64,000 bases of DNA from assembly GCF_028641065.1 (NCBI RefSeq), contig NC_073409.1:20398001-20462000 (forward strand), in the 5' to 3' direction. Position 1 is the first letter of the stretch; each line of letters opens with the position of its first letter. The translations under genes were made by a program, and so were the position numbers. Below the pieces are notes generated by a model, which was given only the letters and a program-made list of their open reading frames with translations, did no database searches and was not told the origin of the DNA. Below are positions 23,455 to 36,939 of the stretch, piece by piece. This stretch comes from Leucoraja erinacea. Its lineage: Eukaryota.

Positions 23455-24877
23455 GATTTTTTTCCCCTTGGTATATTTTGTTCTTTCAAATTAATCAAAT
23501 AAAGTTTTTCATGCCTTTGATCCACGGAGTCTCCTTTCCACAAAACATGGATTCAACATGTGCTAATAAAAGCCAGAAAGGTGAGTGAAATAATAACCTT
23601 AGTGCTTGATATGCAGATGAAAAGTGTAAATGGCTGAACCTCATTTTCCTGAAGGCTTAAATTTACTGACAGTTATTCACAATGAAGTTACCTTTGGTTA
23701 TCTGGGCACAACCCTTTGTGATTCACTGACAGAGTGGACCTTTACTGCACTATTCCCTCTTCCAGTCAACCATGCCAAATCTCACTCTCAATCTGTCAGC
23801 ATGTTTGCCTTCGTTCCAGTGCCCCATTATTGTCGTACATTATCATAGTGAGCCTCCTTTACACTTTAGATACAATGTGGAAACAGACCCTTCGGCCCAT
23901 TCAGTCCGCGCTGTCCAGCGATCACTCCACACACAAGATAGACACAAAACGCTGCAGTAACTCAGCGGGTCAGGCAGCATCACTGGAGATAAAGATTATG
24001 TGACGTTTCTAGTAAGAATCCTTCCCAGACCCCATACACTAGCATTAACCTACACATTATGGACAATATACAACATTTTAACCATAGCTAATTAAACCAC
24101 AAGCCTGTATTTTGAGGGTTGGAGGAAACCGGAGCATGCGGAGAAAACCGCATGACAGCGCACTCTCCACTCTTCACTCTACTCCATAACCATTATGTGA
24201 TGTGGTGACCAGAAGTGCACACAGTAATCTAAATGTGGGCAAGGCAAAGTGATGTACAAAATGAATTGGAACTTTCTGTACTCAATGCCCCCACAGTATG
24301 CCGTCCTCACTACCCTCCCCACTCGTGTTGTTATATTCAGGATGTAATGGATTTGTAATCCAAGATCTCTCTGTTTCGCAGTGCCACTTACTGTTTAGTT
24401 TAGTTTTGTGATACCACGTGGATACGGGCCCGTCAGCCCACCGAGTTGACCAGCGATCTCCGCACACTAACAGTAGCCTGCACAAGCTATGGACAATTTA
24501 CAATTTGCCTCCAAACCTGTACGTCTTTTGAGTGTGGGAGGAAACCGGATCTCCTGTGGAAAGCCCACGACGGTCACGGGGAGAACGCACAATCTCCTTG
24601 CAGACAGCACGCATAGACAGGATTGAACCTGGGTCCCTGGCGTTGTAATCAGCAGTTCGGGTTATGTAAGGGTTGGTCTAAAATACTAATACTGCTGGGT
24701 TTGTAAACTGCCCAATTTCTGTGTTGTCTGCAAACTTACTAATCAACCCACCAAATTATTTATAAACTCAAATCATTTAAATATCCCAATCATTTATATA
24801 TTCACAAACAGTAAAGGTCCCAGCACTGGTCCCTGTGGAACAACACTGGTCACAGTGCCCCAGTCCAAACACAAACT

Positions 24878-27800
24878 TTACCAATCTAGCTGCTACAGCG
24901 GCTAACCTGATCGCCTCCGTCCTTCTTACAGTCAATCCCCACCAGATGCGAGCCGTGACCAAGACTGGATGTTCTTCTCCTCCTGCCATGCTGTAGATAA
25001 TTTTGGCACTCACAACAGTCATCCACCTCTGTGCACCTAGCCCACGACTAACCGTTATCACGGAGCTCTCAGTCCCTCCGCTCAGCATCATGTTCAAATA
25101 TTCAACTTTGCAGCTGATTGAACTCTTCAACTACTCCATCCCATCTTGCATCCCAGTCATCAAACAGCTCGGACTTCTACATCGATCCCGTTACATCCAC
25201 AGAGGCTCTCGCTGCAAGTTTGTTTACTTCCACCACGGACAATCCATTCCATCCATCTAGTCACCTGCACGCTCTGACGCACCTCTGAACAAAACTGAAC
25301 TACCCACTGTCCAATCATTTGCAAATCCACTCACTGCCCCCCCCCCCCCCCTCAACTGCAACACCCCCCTCCCCACTGACCATACGCACTGTTAACCGGG
25401 ACAACCTCAGATCTCTCCAGCCTGCCCCCATCCCACCCCCCTCTCACCATGCCAACTTTGCCCTCCTCAACACCCGATCATTCAACAATAATGCCCCTGC
25501 CCTCCATGAACTAATCCTTGACAACACTCTGGACTTCCTTCTGCTCACTGAAACCTGGCAACAACCAAATGACTTCTTCTCTCTCAACCAAACATCCCCC
25601 CCCCTGGTTTTAACTACATCTCCAAACCCCTCCCCTCCCGCCGTGGAGGTGCCCTCGCCGTTATTTTCAATCAGACCTTCCGGATCACAGAACTCACCCT
25701 CCCCCCAGTATCATTATTTGAATTCCTCGCTTTCAAAATCTTTCCTCCATTACAGTCATCCTCATTTACCGGCCACCTAAACCAAACCCCTCCTTCCTCT
25801 CCGATTTCACTGAACTCCTCACACTAGCCTCATCTCTCTCTCCACGTCTGCTGCTACTCGGTGACTTAAATATCCACATGGATTCCTCCACCTGCAAGCT
25901 CTCATCTGAATTCACCATTTTACTGGACAACTTCACTCTCACCCAACATGTCACCTTCCCCACCCATGATAAAGGACACATCCTCGACCTGGTCTGCTCC
26001 ACAAATCAACTGGTACTCGACCTCCATCCATGCCTCTTTCCCCTCTCTGATCATAAACTCATACGGTTCACCATCCCTTCTCCCACCCCCCGCCCCCGTC
26101 TCCTCAGAGAAATCACCTTCCGTAATCTAAAATCCATCGATCCCCACCATCTCCCTGACCTGCTCCCCACCACTCTCCCCCTGGACTCAACCCCCATCTC
26201 ACCTGATGATCTCACAAACCATCTCAACTTTACCTTGTCTACCTCCCTCAACACTCTGGCCCCCCTCAAAACAAAAATCGTAACTTTTAACACCTCTTCA
26301 CCCTGGTACACACCTGCACTCCGTAAGTTGAAACAGACTGGCTGCCAACTTGAACGACTCAAAAAGAAATCATCTCTCACAGTCCACCATGAAGCTTACA
26401 AACTCCACCTCACTGCCTACAAAGACGCCCTCATTGCTGCCAAGTCTACCTACCTCTCCACCATCTTCACCGACCCCTGACAAAACCCCAGAACCCTCTT
26501 CTCCACAGTGGGCAACCTCGTCAAGCCTCGGACCAACACTCTCCCTACCTCTACTCCGGATCTCTGCAACTCATTCCTCCACTTTTTCGCTGATAAAATT
26601 AACATAATTTATCAATCTTTATCCCCTGTATCTGACCCCCCAGCATCTACTCCAGCACCTGCCAAGGCCCCTCTTCTCCCCATCTCTACTGACCTCCCGA
26701 CCCCTCCTCCACACTGCCTCCTCTCCCAGTTTGACCCGGTCACCCCTCCTGAAATCTCCAAACTCATCAGCTCTTCCAAACCCACTACCTGCTCCCTTGA
26801 CCCCCTCCCCACTCCCCTGGTGAAGTCCTGCCTCCCCGTCCTCTGTGATCCCCTACCTCACTAACCTCTTCAACTCCTAACTGTCCCAAGGAACTGTCCT
26901 CTCCACCTTCAAAACTGCTGCTATCACCCCAATTTTAAAGAAACCTGGTCTGGATCCCTCCTCTCTCAACAACCACCGCCCAATCTCAATCCTCCCCTTT
27001 CTTTCTAAAACCCTGGAGCGTATCTTCACCTCACAACTTCAATCCCATCTCCATGCCAATAACCTATTCGAACCCCTCCAATCTGGTTTTCGGCCCCTCC
27101 ACAGCACAAAAACCACTCTCCTCTAAATCCTCAATGACCTCCTCACCTCTGCTGACACGGTTCCCTCAACATCCTCATCCTCCTCAACCTGAGTGCAGCC
27201 TTCGATACCGTGAGCCATAACATTCTGCTCACTAGACTCAAAGACCTCGGCATTGAAGGCTCTGCACTCAGCTGGCTCCGTTCCTACCTTTCCAACAGAT
27301 CCCACTTCATCTCTCTCTATAACCACATCTCTGCTACAGCCACAGTCACTCAAGGCGTTCCCCAAAGGCTCCATATTCGGCCCCCCCCCTCTTCATCATC
27401 TACATCTGCCCCCTTGGTCAGATACTCCGCAACTTCAACCTGGACTTCCACTGTCACACCGATGACACCCAGATCTACCGCAGCACCAAATCCCCCCACA
27501 ACCCTCCCCCCGCCCCCTCTCCCATATCAACTCCTGTTTGTCAGCTATAAAAAGCTGGATGCAACATAACTTCCTCAAACTCAACAGCGATAAAACAGAA
27601 TTCCTCCTCATAGGCTCAAATCCACACTCAGCAAAATCAATAATCCCACTCTCACCATTGACGGCACCATTGTCTCCCCATCTCCCCAGGCCCGCAACCT
27701 TGGCGTGATCTTTGATTCCACCCTCTCCCTTGAGCCTCACATCCGCCATGTCATTAAAACCTCCTTCTTTCACCTCCGCAACATCGCCCAAATCAGACCC

Positions 27801-29446
27801 TCTCTCACACCCCTTGCTGCTGACTCATGAAGACTCATCCATGCCTTCATCTCCTCCCGACAGGACTACTGCAACTCACTTCTCCTTGGCATCAGCTCCA
27901 GCTACATCAACCGACTCCAACTGGTCCAGAACGCAGCCGCCCGACTTATCACCCACACCAAATCCTGGCACCACATCACTCCAGTCCTCAAACAACTTCA
28001 CTGGCTTCCCATTTCCCACCGGATCACCTACAAAATCCTGGTCCTCACCTACAAAGCCCTCCACCATCTGGCCCCCCCATATCTCACTGACCTCCTCTCC
28101 CCCTACCAATCCTCCCGGTCCCTCAGATCCACATCAGCCGGTCTCCTCTCCATCCACAAATCCCCCTCACCGAGGAGGAGGAGCCATCTTGGGGAACGGC
28201 TGCTAACCAGCAGCCGTCCGCTTAATTCATTTTTTTCAGTTTTTAGTTAGTTTTGTTCGTCGTTTTTCCGGAGAAATGGACTTCTTATTGTGGGGGGAAG
28301 AAGGTAACCTTACTTCTAGGTCCCTACCTGGTCGGTGAGGCAGCTTTTTCTCTGGGCTGCCCGTCGACCCGTCCTCGTTGCCTATCAGCGGGCTTGGAGC
28401 GCCATTTCGTGGTGGGAACCGCCCAGCACCTCGGCTTCGTTGGTGGCACAGCGCTGGAGCACCATCGCGGAGCGGGCGATGCCTTGCCTGGGTCGCCGCG
28501 CTGGATCGACGTGCTGGAGCTCCGGTGAGCTGGACCGCCGAGAGCAACACCTCCGGGCTGCGCGTCTGCGGGCGGCGCCGACATTAACATCGGGAGCCTG
28601 GGAGCTCCAACTCGGTGCGTCCTTGTCGGCTTCGGAAGCCGACAATCCCCTGCTAGGAAGCGGCCGTTCCAGGTGGCCCAGCCGCTGTGAGGACTCACCC
28701 GATGCCGGGGCAAGACCACCCGGCTAGAACGGCCAGGAACATCGGGCCTCCGTTGAGGCAACAGCGGTGGCCTTAATAGGCCTGACTTTTGGGAGAACTG
28801 GGGTTGGGGACTGGACTTTTGTGCCTTCCCCCACAGTGGTAACCACTTAGGGGGGATGATTTTTCTGTGTGTAAAGTACTTTGTTAGTCTGTGTCCAAGA
28901 TGGCTGCTATGAAGGGAGAGTGGACGCTAGCGCGCTTTAGCTGCCTCTGCTCTCTCTTCACATTGTGTTTTTATTTATTTTTATATTTTGTATCTTTAAT
29001 AATTTGTGTGTTGATGATGTCCTTATTATTTATTTTTCTCCGACTATATATATTTTTTTCTCTTCTGTTTAATCTTTGTAAGGTGACCTTGAGATTTGAA
29101 AGGCGCCTGATAATAAAATTTATTACTATTATTATTATTAAATCCAATCTCTGCAGTTTTGGGGACAGAGCCTTCTCCAGGGCAGCTCCCAGGCTCTGGA
29201 ACTCCCTTCCCCAACTGATCCGCAATTCTGAGTCCCTCACCATCTTCCAGTCCCGCCTCAAGACCCATCTCTTCACCTCTGCTTATCCTTAGCCTCACGT
29301 CCCCCTCCCTTTACATCTGTGCTTGAATTGTTGCTCATTTTTTGGTTTGTTTTGTTTTGTATTTGTTTTTGTTTTTGTTTCTTGCCTTGTAAAGCGACTT
29401 TGAGCTTGAAAAGCGCTATATAAAATCAATTAATTGTTATTATTAT
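24878..29446 (+). mobile_element. L2-clade LINE, near full ORF2, degraded, with nested insertion
   Basis: APE motifs (LLLTETW, LGDLNIH, THDKGHILDLV, SDHKL), RT motifs (PTTCSLDP, AAFDTV, LKLNSDKTE), TGTAAAGCGACTTTGAG..AAAAGCGCTATATAAA end and (TAT)n tail. Confidence 0.92.
28164..29139 (+). mobile_element. GC-rich non-autonomous retroelement with L2-like tail, nested in L2
   Basis: AAATCC TSD (28158-28163 / 29140-29145), (ATT)n tail, L2-type 3' end TGTAAGGTGACCTTGAG..GAAAGGCGCC. Confidence 0.75.
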
Positions 29447-30530
29447 TAACTTTCATACTTGCGGTTATTTTTAGATACTGTTTGGGGGCGGGTACTTTGG
29501 TGTTGTATTTGTCCGCAAGTATTTACCTTACTCGCTGGCAAGTGAACAACGTGTGAGGGGGCTGGCGTTTTGTTTTCTTGTGGGGACTGGAAGCGGTCCA
29601 GTGTCCCAGGCTCCAGTGAAGGAGATTGTTTCACTGGCAATTCAGCAGCGGGTGAAGGCACTGCAGCTTCAGGTTCAAGTCCCATCGCAGTCACATCTTT
29701 CTGACATTCAGGTTACATCAAATTCACTGATACCCAAGGTATGTAAGTTGAAAACACTTCCAAATTCATTACCATCTCGGTGTTGTATCAATGCATGCTT
29801 TCTATTTATCATTTTGGCAATGAATAGCAATATTGAAATTTATTTTTATCTTGAACAAACTTGCCGAGAACTTATTTTGTTTCATGCAACATTTGTTCTC
29901 ATGTTTTCCCTCGTATCTCGGTTCATCACCAATGGTTTTCATACTGGATATTAGCTAAACACATATATTTTGTATCCTCCATACACACACATTTCTACTC
30001 CCCAGATTTCACTCAATAGTCAATATTCCAAATCCATTATCCCATTCCCAGCCTATTTGACTGTTTTTGCTTTTACTTGCTTTAAACTGAAGCCCATGTT
30101 TTGGCTGAAGAAGTGTCTCGACCTGTTCCTCCTCTCCAGAGATCTTGCCTGGCCCGCTGCGATACTCCAGATTTTTGTGTCTATCCCATGTTCTGTTGTG
30201 GGCTTCGCATACACACTTGCGTTTGTTGCAATGTTCCCCTGATCTCTGATGAAGAATGAGAGCTGTTTTAACGGTCCCGATGTCCGCTGACAAGGGTAAT
30301 GCTGTTGTAAACTAGCTTAATCGCTAAACCACTTCATCCTTCCGTGCTGAGGCCAGGCGCCTGCCCAGCTCTCACACCTAGGCATTGGCCATGACTCCAC
30401 GGACTCAAGCAGACTCCAATTTTACAGTCCTCTAATCCCATACAACATGTTTCCTCGATATCCGCCCCATTGATGTCTCTTTTTCACACGTTACCCTTCC
30501 ACCATTAGTTTTTTGCATATCTCCATTTCA
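29447..30530 (+). repeat. Conserved inter-UGT block, copy 3 (GC box ~29484, donor after 29738)
   Basis: Matches 17795-18800; CCCAAG|GTATGTAAG donor. Confidence 0.85.
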
Positions 30531-30531
30531 C

Positions 30532-30949
30532 CTATATTACTAAAACTCTGACCTTAACCACTTCCTGGTTTTCTGTTTCATGTGAGTTTTTAGCCATCTT
30601 ACTCGGAGTCCCCCTCCCTGCATAGGACAAGAGGATTTTTCCCATCGATGAAAAGTAAAAGAGTTATTAATGTGTAAAAAATGCTGAGATTCTCTCTGCT
30701 GCGCCTGCTGGTGGGAGGGGAGAGGGACTATAAAACCCGGAAGTGTTGTACCTCGGTCAGTCTCTGCAAGATGGAGGAAGCGAGAGGGTCACGTCATGCC
30801 TCTCTGAGCTGTGAATAACACTGAACACATGTCTACTCAACTGTGTGCCTTTAATGTGGTTTGAAAATGAAAATGTGGTTGCTTTGAAATGCTGCACTGG
30901 AAATGGTTGTTGCTGGAGGTTGCTTTAAAATGCTGCACTGGAAATGGTT
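30532..30949 (+). mobile_element. Unclassified interspersed repeat (possibly Helitron-like), truncated at the duplication junction
   Basis: Starts CTATATTACTAAAA; reverse complement of 58740-59158. Confidence 0.45.
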
Positions 30950-31387
30950 TACAATTTGCCTATAAACCTGTACGTCTTTGGACTGTGGGAGGAAACCGGA
31001 TCTCCCGGGGAAAGCTCACGCTGGTCACGAGGAGAACGTACAAACTCCGTGCAGACAGCACCCACAGACAGGATTGAACCTGGGTCCCTGGCACTGTAAT
31101 CAGCAGCTCCACTGCTGTACCACCGTGCTGTACCGTATACAGGGATTTCCCGGGTTATGTAAGTGTTGGTCTAAAATACTCAGACTGCTCGGTTTGTAAA
31201 CTGCCCATTTTTTGTGTTGTCTGCAAACTTACTAATCAACCCACCAAATTATTTAATAACTCAAATCATTTATATACCCAAATCATTTATATATTCACAA
31301 ACAGTAAAGGTTCCAGCAATGATCCCTGTGGACCAGTGCCCTGGTCAAAACAAAAACTCATCCACCACTACTCTCTACTGCCAAGCA

Positions 31388-32339
31388 ACATAGAAACATA
31401 GAAACATAGAAATTAGGTGCAGGAGTAGGCCATTCGGCCCTTCGAGCCTGCACCGCCATTCAATATGATCATGGCTGATCATCCAACTCAGTATCCCGTA
31501 CCTGCCTTCTCTCCATACCCTCTGATCCCCTTGGCCACAAGGGCCACATCTAACTCCCTCTTAAATATAGACAATGAACTGGCCTCAACTACCCTCTGTG
31601 GCAGAGAGTTCCAGAGATTCACCACTCTCTGTGAGAAAAAAGTTCTCTTCATCTCGGTTTTAAAGGATTTCCCCCTTATCCTTAAGCTGTGACCCCTTGT
31701 GCTGGACTTCCCCAACATCGGGAACAATCTTCCTGCATCTAGCCTGTCCAACCCCTTAAGAATTTTGTAAGTTTCTATAAGATCCCCTCTCAATCTCCTA
31801 AATTCTAGAGAGTATAAACCAAGTCTATCCAGTCTTTCTTCATAAGACAGTCCTGACATCCCAGGAATCAGTCTGGTGAACCTTCTCTGCACTCCCTCTA
31901 TGGCAATAATGTCCTTCCTCAGATTTGGAGACCAAAACTGCACGCAATACTCCAGGTATGGTCTCACCAAGACCCTGTACAACTGCAGTGGAACCTCCCT
32001 GCTCCTATACTCAAATCCTCTTGCTATGAAAGCCAACATACCATTCGCTTTCTTTACTGCCTGCTGCACCTGCATGCCTACCTTCAATGACTGGTGTCCC
32101 ATGACACCCAGGTCTCGCTGCATCTCCCCCTTTCCCAATCGGCCACCATTTAGATAATAGTCTGCTTTCCCGTTTTTGCCACCAAAATGGATAACCTCAC
32201 ATTTATCCACATTATACTGCATCTGCCAAACATTTGCCCACTCACCCAGCCTATCCAAGTCACCTTGCAGTCTCCTAGCATCCTCCTCACACCTAACACT
32301 GCCCCCCAGCTTCGTGTCATCCGCAAACTTGGAGATGTA
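31388..32339 (-). mobile_element. Young CR1 LINE 3' fragment
   Basis: Uninterrupted RT C-terminal frame from SKFADDTKL to the stop at 31488; (ACATAGAA)n tail; absent from paralog A at ~17418. Confidence 0.93.
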
Positions 32340-33725
32340 AACGTTTGAATGTAAAGCCCATACAATCTCTGGATTGTTATTAAATCCACCTGGTTCATTG
32401 ATATTTTTATTAAGGAAATGTAAAAATCGCTTCATCAGTTTGTATTCCTGGAAGTCTAGGGTAACAGAGTCAGGAGGTTAAACTTTGTGTTGACTCCGAG
32501 GCAACAAGTAAACTGAATTTGTCCTTGATAAAAAAAATATTGCCAACCAAAAATGTTATGCAGCTCGGAATGAAAACTAGACGTAGCAAAGCAAACATTA
32601 CACAACCAAAGCTCTTCTGAGACCTTGTCCCCATCAACTGTAAATCTTTGATAATTTTGATTGTAATCTCAGCGACATTGGAAAGGAAATTTCCATCGAG
32701 ATTGTATTTCGCAAATGAACTTTTGTACTTGCGGTTATTTTTTTGACACATTTTGGGGGCGGGTCCGTTGGTGTTGTATTTGTCCGTAAGTATTTTCCTG
32801 TGTTACTCGTGGGCAAGTGAGCTAGATGTGAGGGGGCCGGAGTTTTGTTTTCTTGTGGGGACTGGAAGCGGTCGCAGAGTTCCAGGCTCCAGTGAAGGAG
32901 ATTGTTTCACTGGTAATTCAGCAGCGGGTGAAGGCACTGCAGCCGCGGGTTCAAGTCCCATCGCAGTCACATCTTTCTGACATTCAGGTTACATCGAATT
33001 CACTGATACCCAAGGTATGTCAATTGAAAACATTTCCAAATTCTCCACCATCTCTGTGTTGTATCAATGCATGCTTTCTATTTACAGTTTCGACAACGAA
33101 TAGCTATATTGAAAATTATTTTTTCCTTTAACAAACTTGCCAAGAGCTTATTTTGTTTCATGCAACATTTGTTCTCATGTTTTCCCTCGTATCTCGGTTC
33201 ATCACCAATGGTTTTTCATACTGGATATTATCTAACCACATATATTTTGTATCCTCCATACACACACATTTCTACTCCCCAGATTTCACTCAATAGTCAA
33301 TATTCCAAATTCAATATTCCATTCCCGGCCCATTTGATTGCTTTTGCTTGTACTTGCTTTAAACTGAAGCCCATGTTTTCTCTGAAGAAGTGTCTCGACC
33401 CGTTCCTTCTCTCCAGAGATCTTGCCTGGCCCGCTGAGATACTCCAGCTTTTTGTGTCTATCCCATGTTTTGTTGTGGGCTTCGCATACACACTTGCGTT
33501 TGTTGCAGTGTTCACCTGATCTCTGAGGAAGAATGAGAGCTGTTTTAATGATCCCGATGTTCGCTGACAAGGGTAATGCTGTTGTAAACTAGCTTAATCG
33601 CTAAACCACTTCATCCTACCGTGCTGAGGCCAGGCGCAGGCTCTTACATTTCACTAATCCCATACAATTTGTTTCCTTCATATCCGTCCCCTTTGATTTA
33701 TCGTTTTCACACCTTACCGTTCTGT
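32340..33725 (+). repeat. Conserved inter-UGT block, copy 4 (GC box ~32755, donor after 33014)
   Basis: Near-identical to 17420-18800; CCCAAG|GTATGT donor. Confidence 0.85.
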
Positions 33726-33729
33726 CGTT

Positions 33730-35775
33730 ACAATAGACAATAGGTGCAGGAGTAGGCCATTCGGCCCTTCGAGCCAACATCCAGAGAACCTGCTTCCACC
33801 GCCCTCTGAGGCAGATAATTCCACACACTCACCTCTCTGTGAGAAAAAGTGTTTCCTCATCTCCATTCTAAATTGCTTACCCCTTATATTTAAACTGCGC
33901 CCCTGGTTCTGGACACCCCCAACATCGGGAACATGTTTCCTGCCTCCAGCGTGTCTGAACCCTTAACAATCTTATATATTTCAATAAGATCTCCTCTCAT
34001 CCTTATAAACTCCAGAGTGTACAAGCCCAGCTGCTTCATTTTCTCAGCATATGGCAGTCCTGCCATCCTGGGAATTAACCTTGTAAACCAATGCTGCACA
34101 GGTGTGGTCTCACTAGGGCTCTGTGCAACTGCAGAAGGACCTCTTTGCTCCTATAATCGACGCCTCTTGTGATAAAGGCCAACGTGCCATTCGCTTTCTT
34201 CACTGCCTGCTGTACCTGCATGCTTCCATTCACAGACTGAAGAACAAGGACAGCCAGATCCCGTTGTACTTCCCTTTTTCCCAACTTGACACCATTTAGA
34301 TAGTAATCTGCCTTCCTGTTTTTGCTACCAAAGTGGATAACCTCACATTTATCCACATTAAACGTCATCTGCCATGCAACTGCCCACTCCCCTAACCTGT
34401 CCAAGTCACCCTGCATTCTCATAGCATCCTCCTCACAGTTCACACTGCCACCCAGCTTTGTGTCATCTGCAAATTTGCTCATGTTACTTTGAATCCCTTC
34501 ATCCAAATCATTGATGTATATTGTAAGTAGCTGCGGTCCCAACACCGAGTTTTGCGGTACCCCACTAGTCACTGCCTGCCATTCTGAAAGGGACCCGTTA
34601 ATCCCCACTCTGTTTCCTGTCTGCCAATCATTTTTCTATCCATGTCAGCACTCCACCCCGAATACCATGTGCCCTAATTTTTCCACTAATCTGCTATGTG
34701 GGACCTTATCAAATGCTTTCTGAAAGTCCAGGTACACTACATCCACTGGCTCTCCCTTGTTCATTTTCCTAGTTAAATCTTCAAAAAATTTCAGAAGATT
34801 AGTCAAGCATGATTTCCCCTTCATAAATCCATGCTAACTCGGACCAATCCTGTTACTGCTATTCAAATGTGCGGCTATTTCGTCTTTTATAATTGACTCC
34901 AGCATCTTCCCCACCACCGATGTCAGGCTAACTGGTCTATAATTCCCTGTTTTCTCTCTCCCGCCCTTCTTAAATAGTGGGATAACATTAGCTACTCTCC
35001 TATCTACAGGAACTGATCCTGAGTCTATAGAACATTGGAAAATTATCACCAATGCATCCACGATTTCTAGAGCCACTTCCTTAAGTACCCTGGGGCGCAG
35101 ACCATCAGGCCCTGGGGATTTATCAGTCTTCGGTCCCATCAGTCTACCCAACACCATTTCCTGCCTAATGTGGATTTTCTTCAGTTCCTCTGTCACTCCA
35201 GCTCCTCTGGCCACTACTATATCAGGAAGATTGTGTCCTCCTTTGTGAAGAAGGATCCAAAGTATCTGTTCAACTCGTCCGCCATGTCATTGATCCCCAT
35301 AATAAATTCACCCTTTTCGGTCTTCAAGGGTTCAACTTTGGTCTAAACTAGTTTTTTTTTCTCTTCACATACCTAAAGAATCTTTTACTATCCTCCTTTA
35401 TATTCTTGGCTAGCTTACCTTCGTACCTCATCTTTTCTCCCCGTATTGTGGTTTTGGTTATCTTCTGTTGCTCTTTAAAGTTACCCAATCCGCTGGCTTC
35501 CTGCTCATCTTTGCTATGTTGTACTTCTTCTGTTTTATTTTTATACTGTCCTTGACTTCCTTTGTCAGCCACGGTCGCCTCTTACTCCCCGTGGAATCTT
35601 TCCTCCTCCTAAGAATGAACTGATCCTGCACCTTCTGTATTGTTCTGAGAAACACCTGCCATTTTTGTTCCACTGTCATGCGTGCTAGCGTATCTTTCCA
35701 GTCAAATTTGGCCAGCTCCGCCCTCATGCCCCATAGTCCCCTTTATTCAACTGTAACACTGACACCTCCGAGCTA
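33730..35775 (-). mobile_element. CR1 LINE, duplicated copy of 18802-20900
   Basis: Same junctions and same ORF fragments (34075-34608, 34834-35214, 35458-35727). Confidence 0.92.
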
Positions 35776-35974
35776 CCCTTCTCCATCTCCTCTTTTTTGC
35801 ATATCTCTATTTCATTTGTTCTACATCTCTCTACATCACCATCTATATCTCATGTCTCCCTCTCCCCTCTCAGTCTGAAGAAGGGTCTCGACCCAGAAAC
35901 GTTACCCATTCCATCTCTCCAGAGATGCTGCCTGTCCCGCTGTGTTACACCAGCATTTTGTGTCTGTGTTCATC

Positions 35975-36535
35975 CGATAATCCACAAACAGGACAGACCT
36001 GGCAGACCCATTGTTTTTGCCTGCACCAGCCCCATAAACCTCATCTCCAAATTCCACAATTCAGGGGCAGCACGGTGGCGCAGCACTAGAGGCCTGGGTT
36101 TGATGCTGACTACAGGTGCTGTCTGTACGGAGTTTGTACGTTCTCCCCGTGACTACCAAACTCTTAAGAGATGTGTAGGTTTGTAGGTTAATTGGCATCT
36201 GTAAAATGTGAATTGTGCAAAGTGATCACTGGTCAGCGCAGCCTCGGTGGACTGATGGACCTGTTTCCACGCTGTCTCTCAAAAGTTTAAAATCCTTTTG
36301 CACTCTCAAGGGGTCCAGCTACACCTGTTATGTGTGTTGGTTTTGTCAAACAGTCCGTGAACCAAGCGTACACTGGCACCATCCGTCCCAACTGTTTCTC
36401 CACATTGACGACAGCTGCCTGCACCACCCGTGCCAAACTCTTTCATTTCATCAAAATCACCACGAGGGGGACACAGTATCCACTGACGTCTACAACATAC
36501 CCACTAACCCCCACAATTAACGAGATTACACCCTT
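35975..36535 (+). mobile_element. Penelope-like RT relic with nested SINE (copy of 21105-21740)
   Basis: Same PLE RT motifs. Confidence 0.7.
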
Positions 36536-36909
36536 GAGATACAGCACGAAAATAGTCCCTTCGGCCCATTGAGTCCACCCTGACCATCGATGACTCATTC
36601 ACGCTTGTTCTGTATTATCACAATTTCCGATCCACTCTCTGCAGACTAGAGGCAATATAGATACGCCAATTAACCTACAAATCCGCATGTCTTTCGGATG
36701 AGGGAAGAACCCGGTAGTGGACTAAGTCAGCAGGTCAAGGACCATCGCTGGTGAATGGAAACAGTTAATGTTTCGGGAGTCAAGAGGGCGGCGGCAGGAG
36801 AATGGGGTTGAGAGGGCAAGATAGATAAGCCATGATTGAATGGCAGAGTAGACTTGATGTGCTGAGGTACTCCAGTATTTTGTTTTCCTTTTTGCCAATG
36901 TTTGTCACT

Positions 36910-36939
36910 TACCAACATTTCTAGTCAATTCTACCACAG
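36910..36939 (+). promoter_or_regulatory. Branch point + 3' splice acceptor for UGT-D
   Basis: TACCAAC...CTACCACAG|GATC, 26 nt before the ATG. Confidence 0.65.

Larger units (their letters stand above)
17008..30949 (+). repeat. Segmental duplication unit A (~14 kb)
   Basis: Colinear and highly similar to 30950-41193 plus the reverse complement of ~58740-62010. Confidence 0.85.

Noticed and set aside
28236-28761. Multiple overlapping Arg/Pro/Ala-rich ORFs (also 60950-61473)
   Set aside because: Expected in GC-rich DNA; frames differ between the two copies.
31488-32435. 315-aa ORF as a chimeric host-CR1 gene
   Set aside because: A chance in-frame join of flanking block DNA to a 5'-truncated CR1 RT tail; it lacks most of RT.
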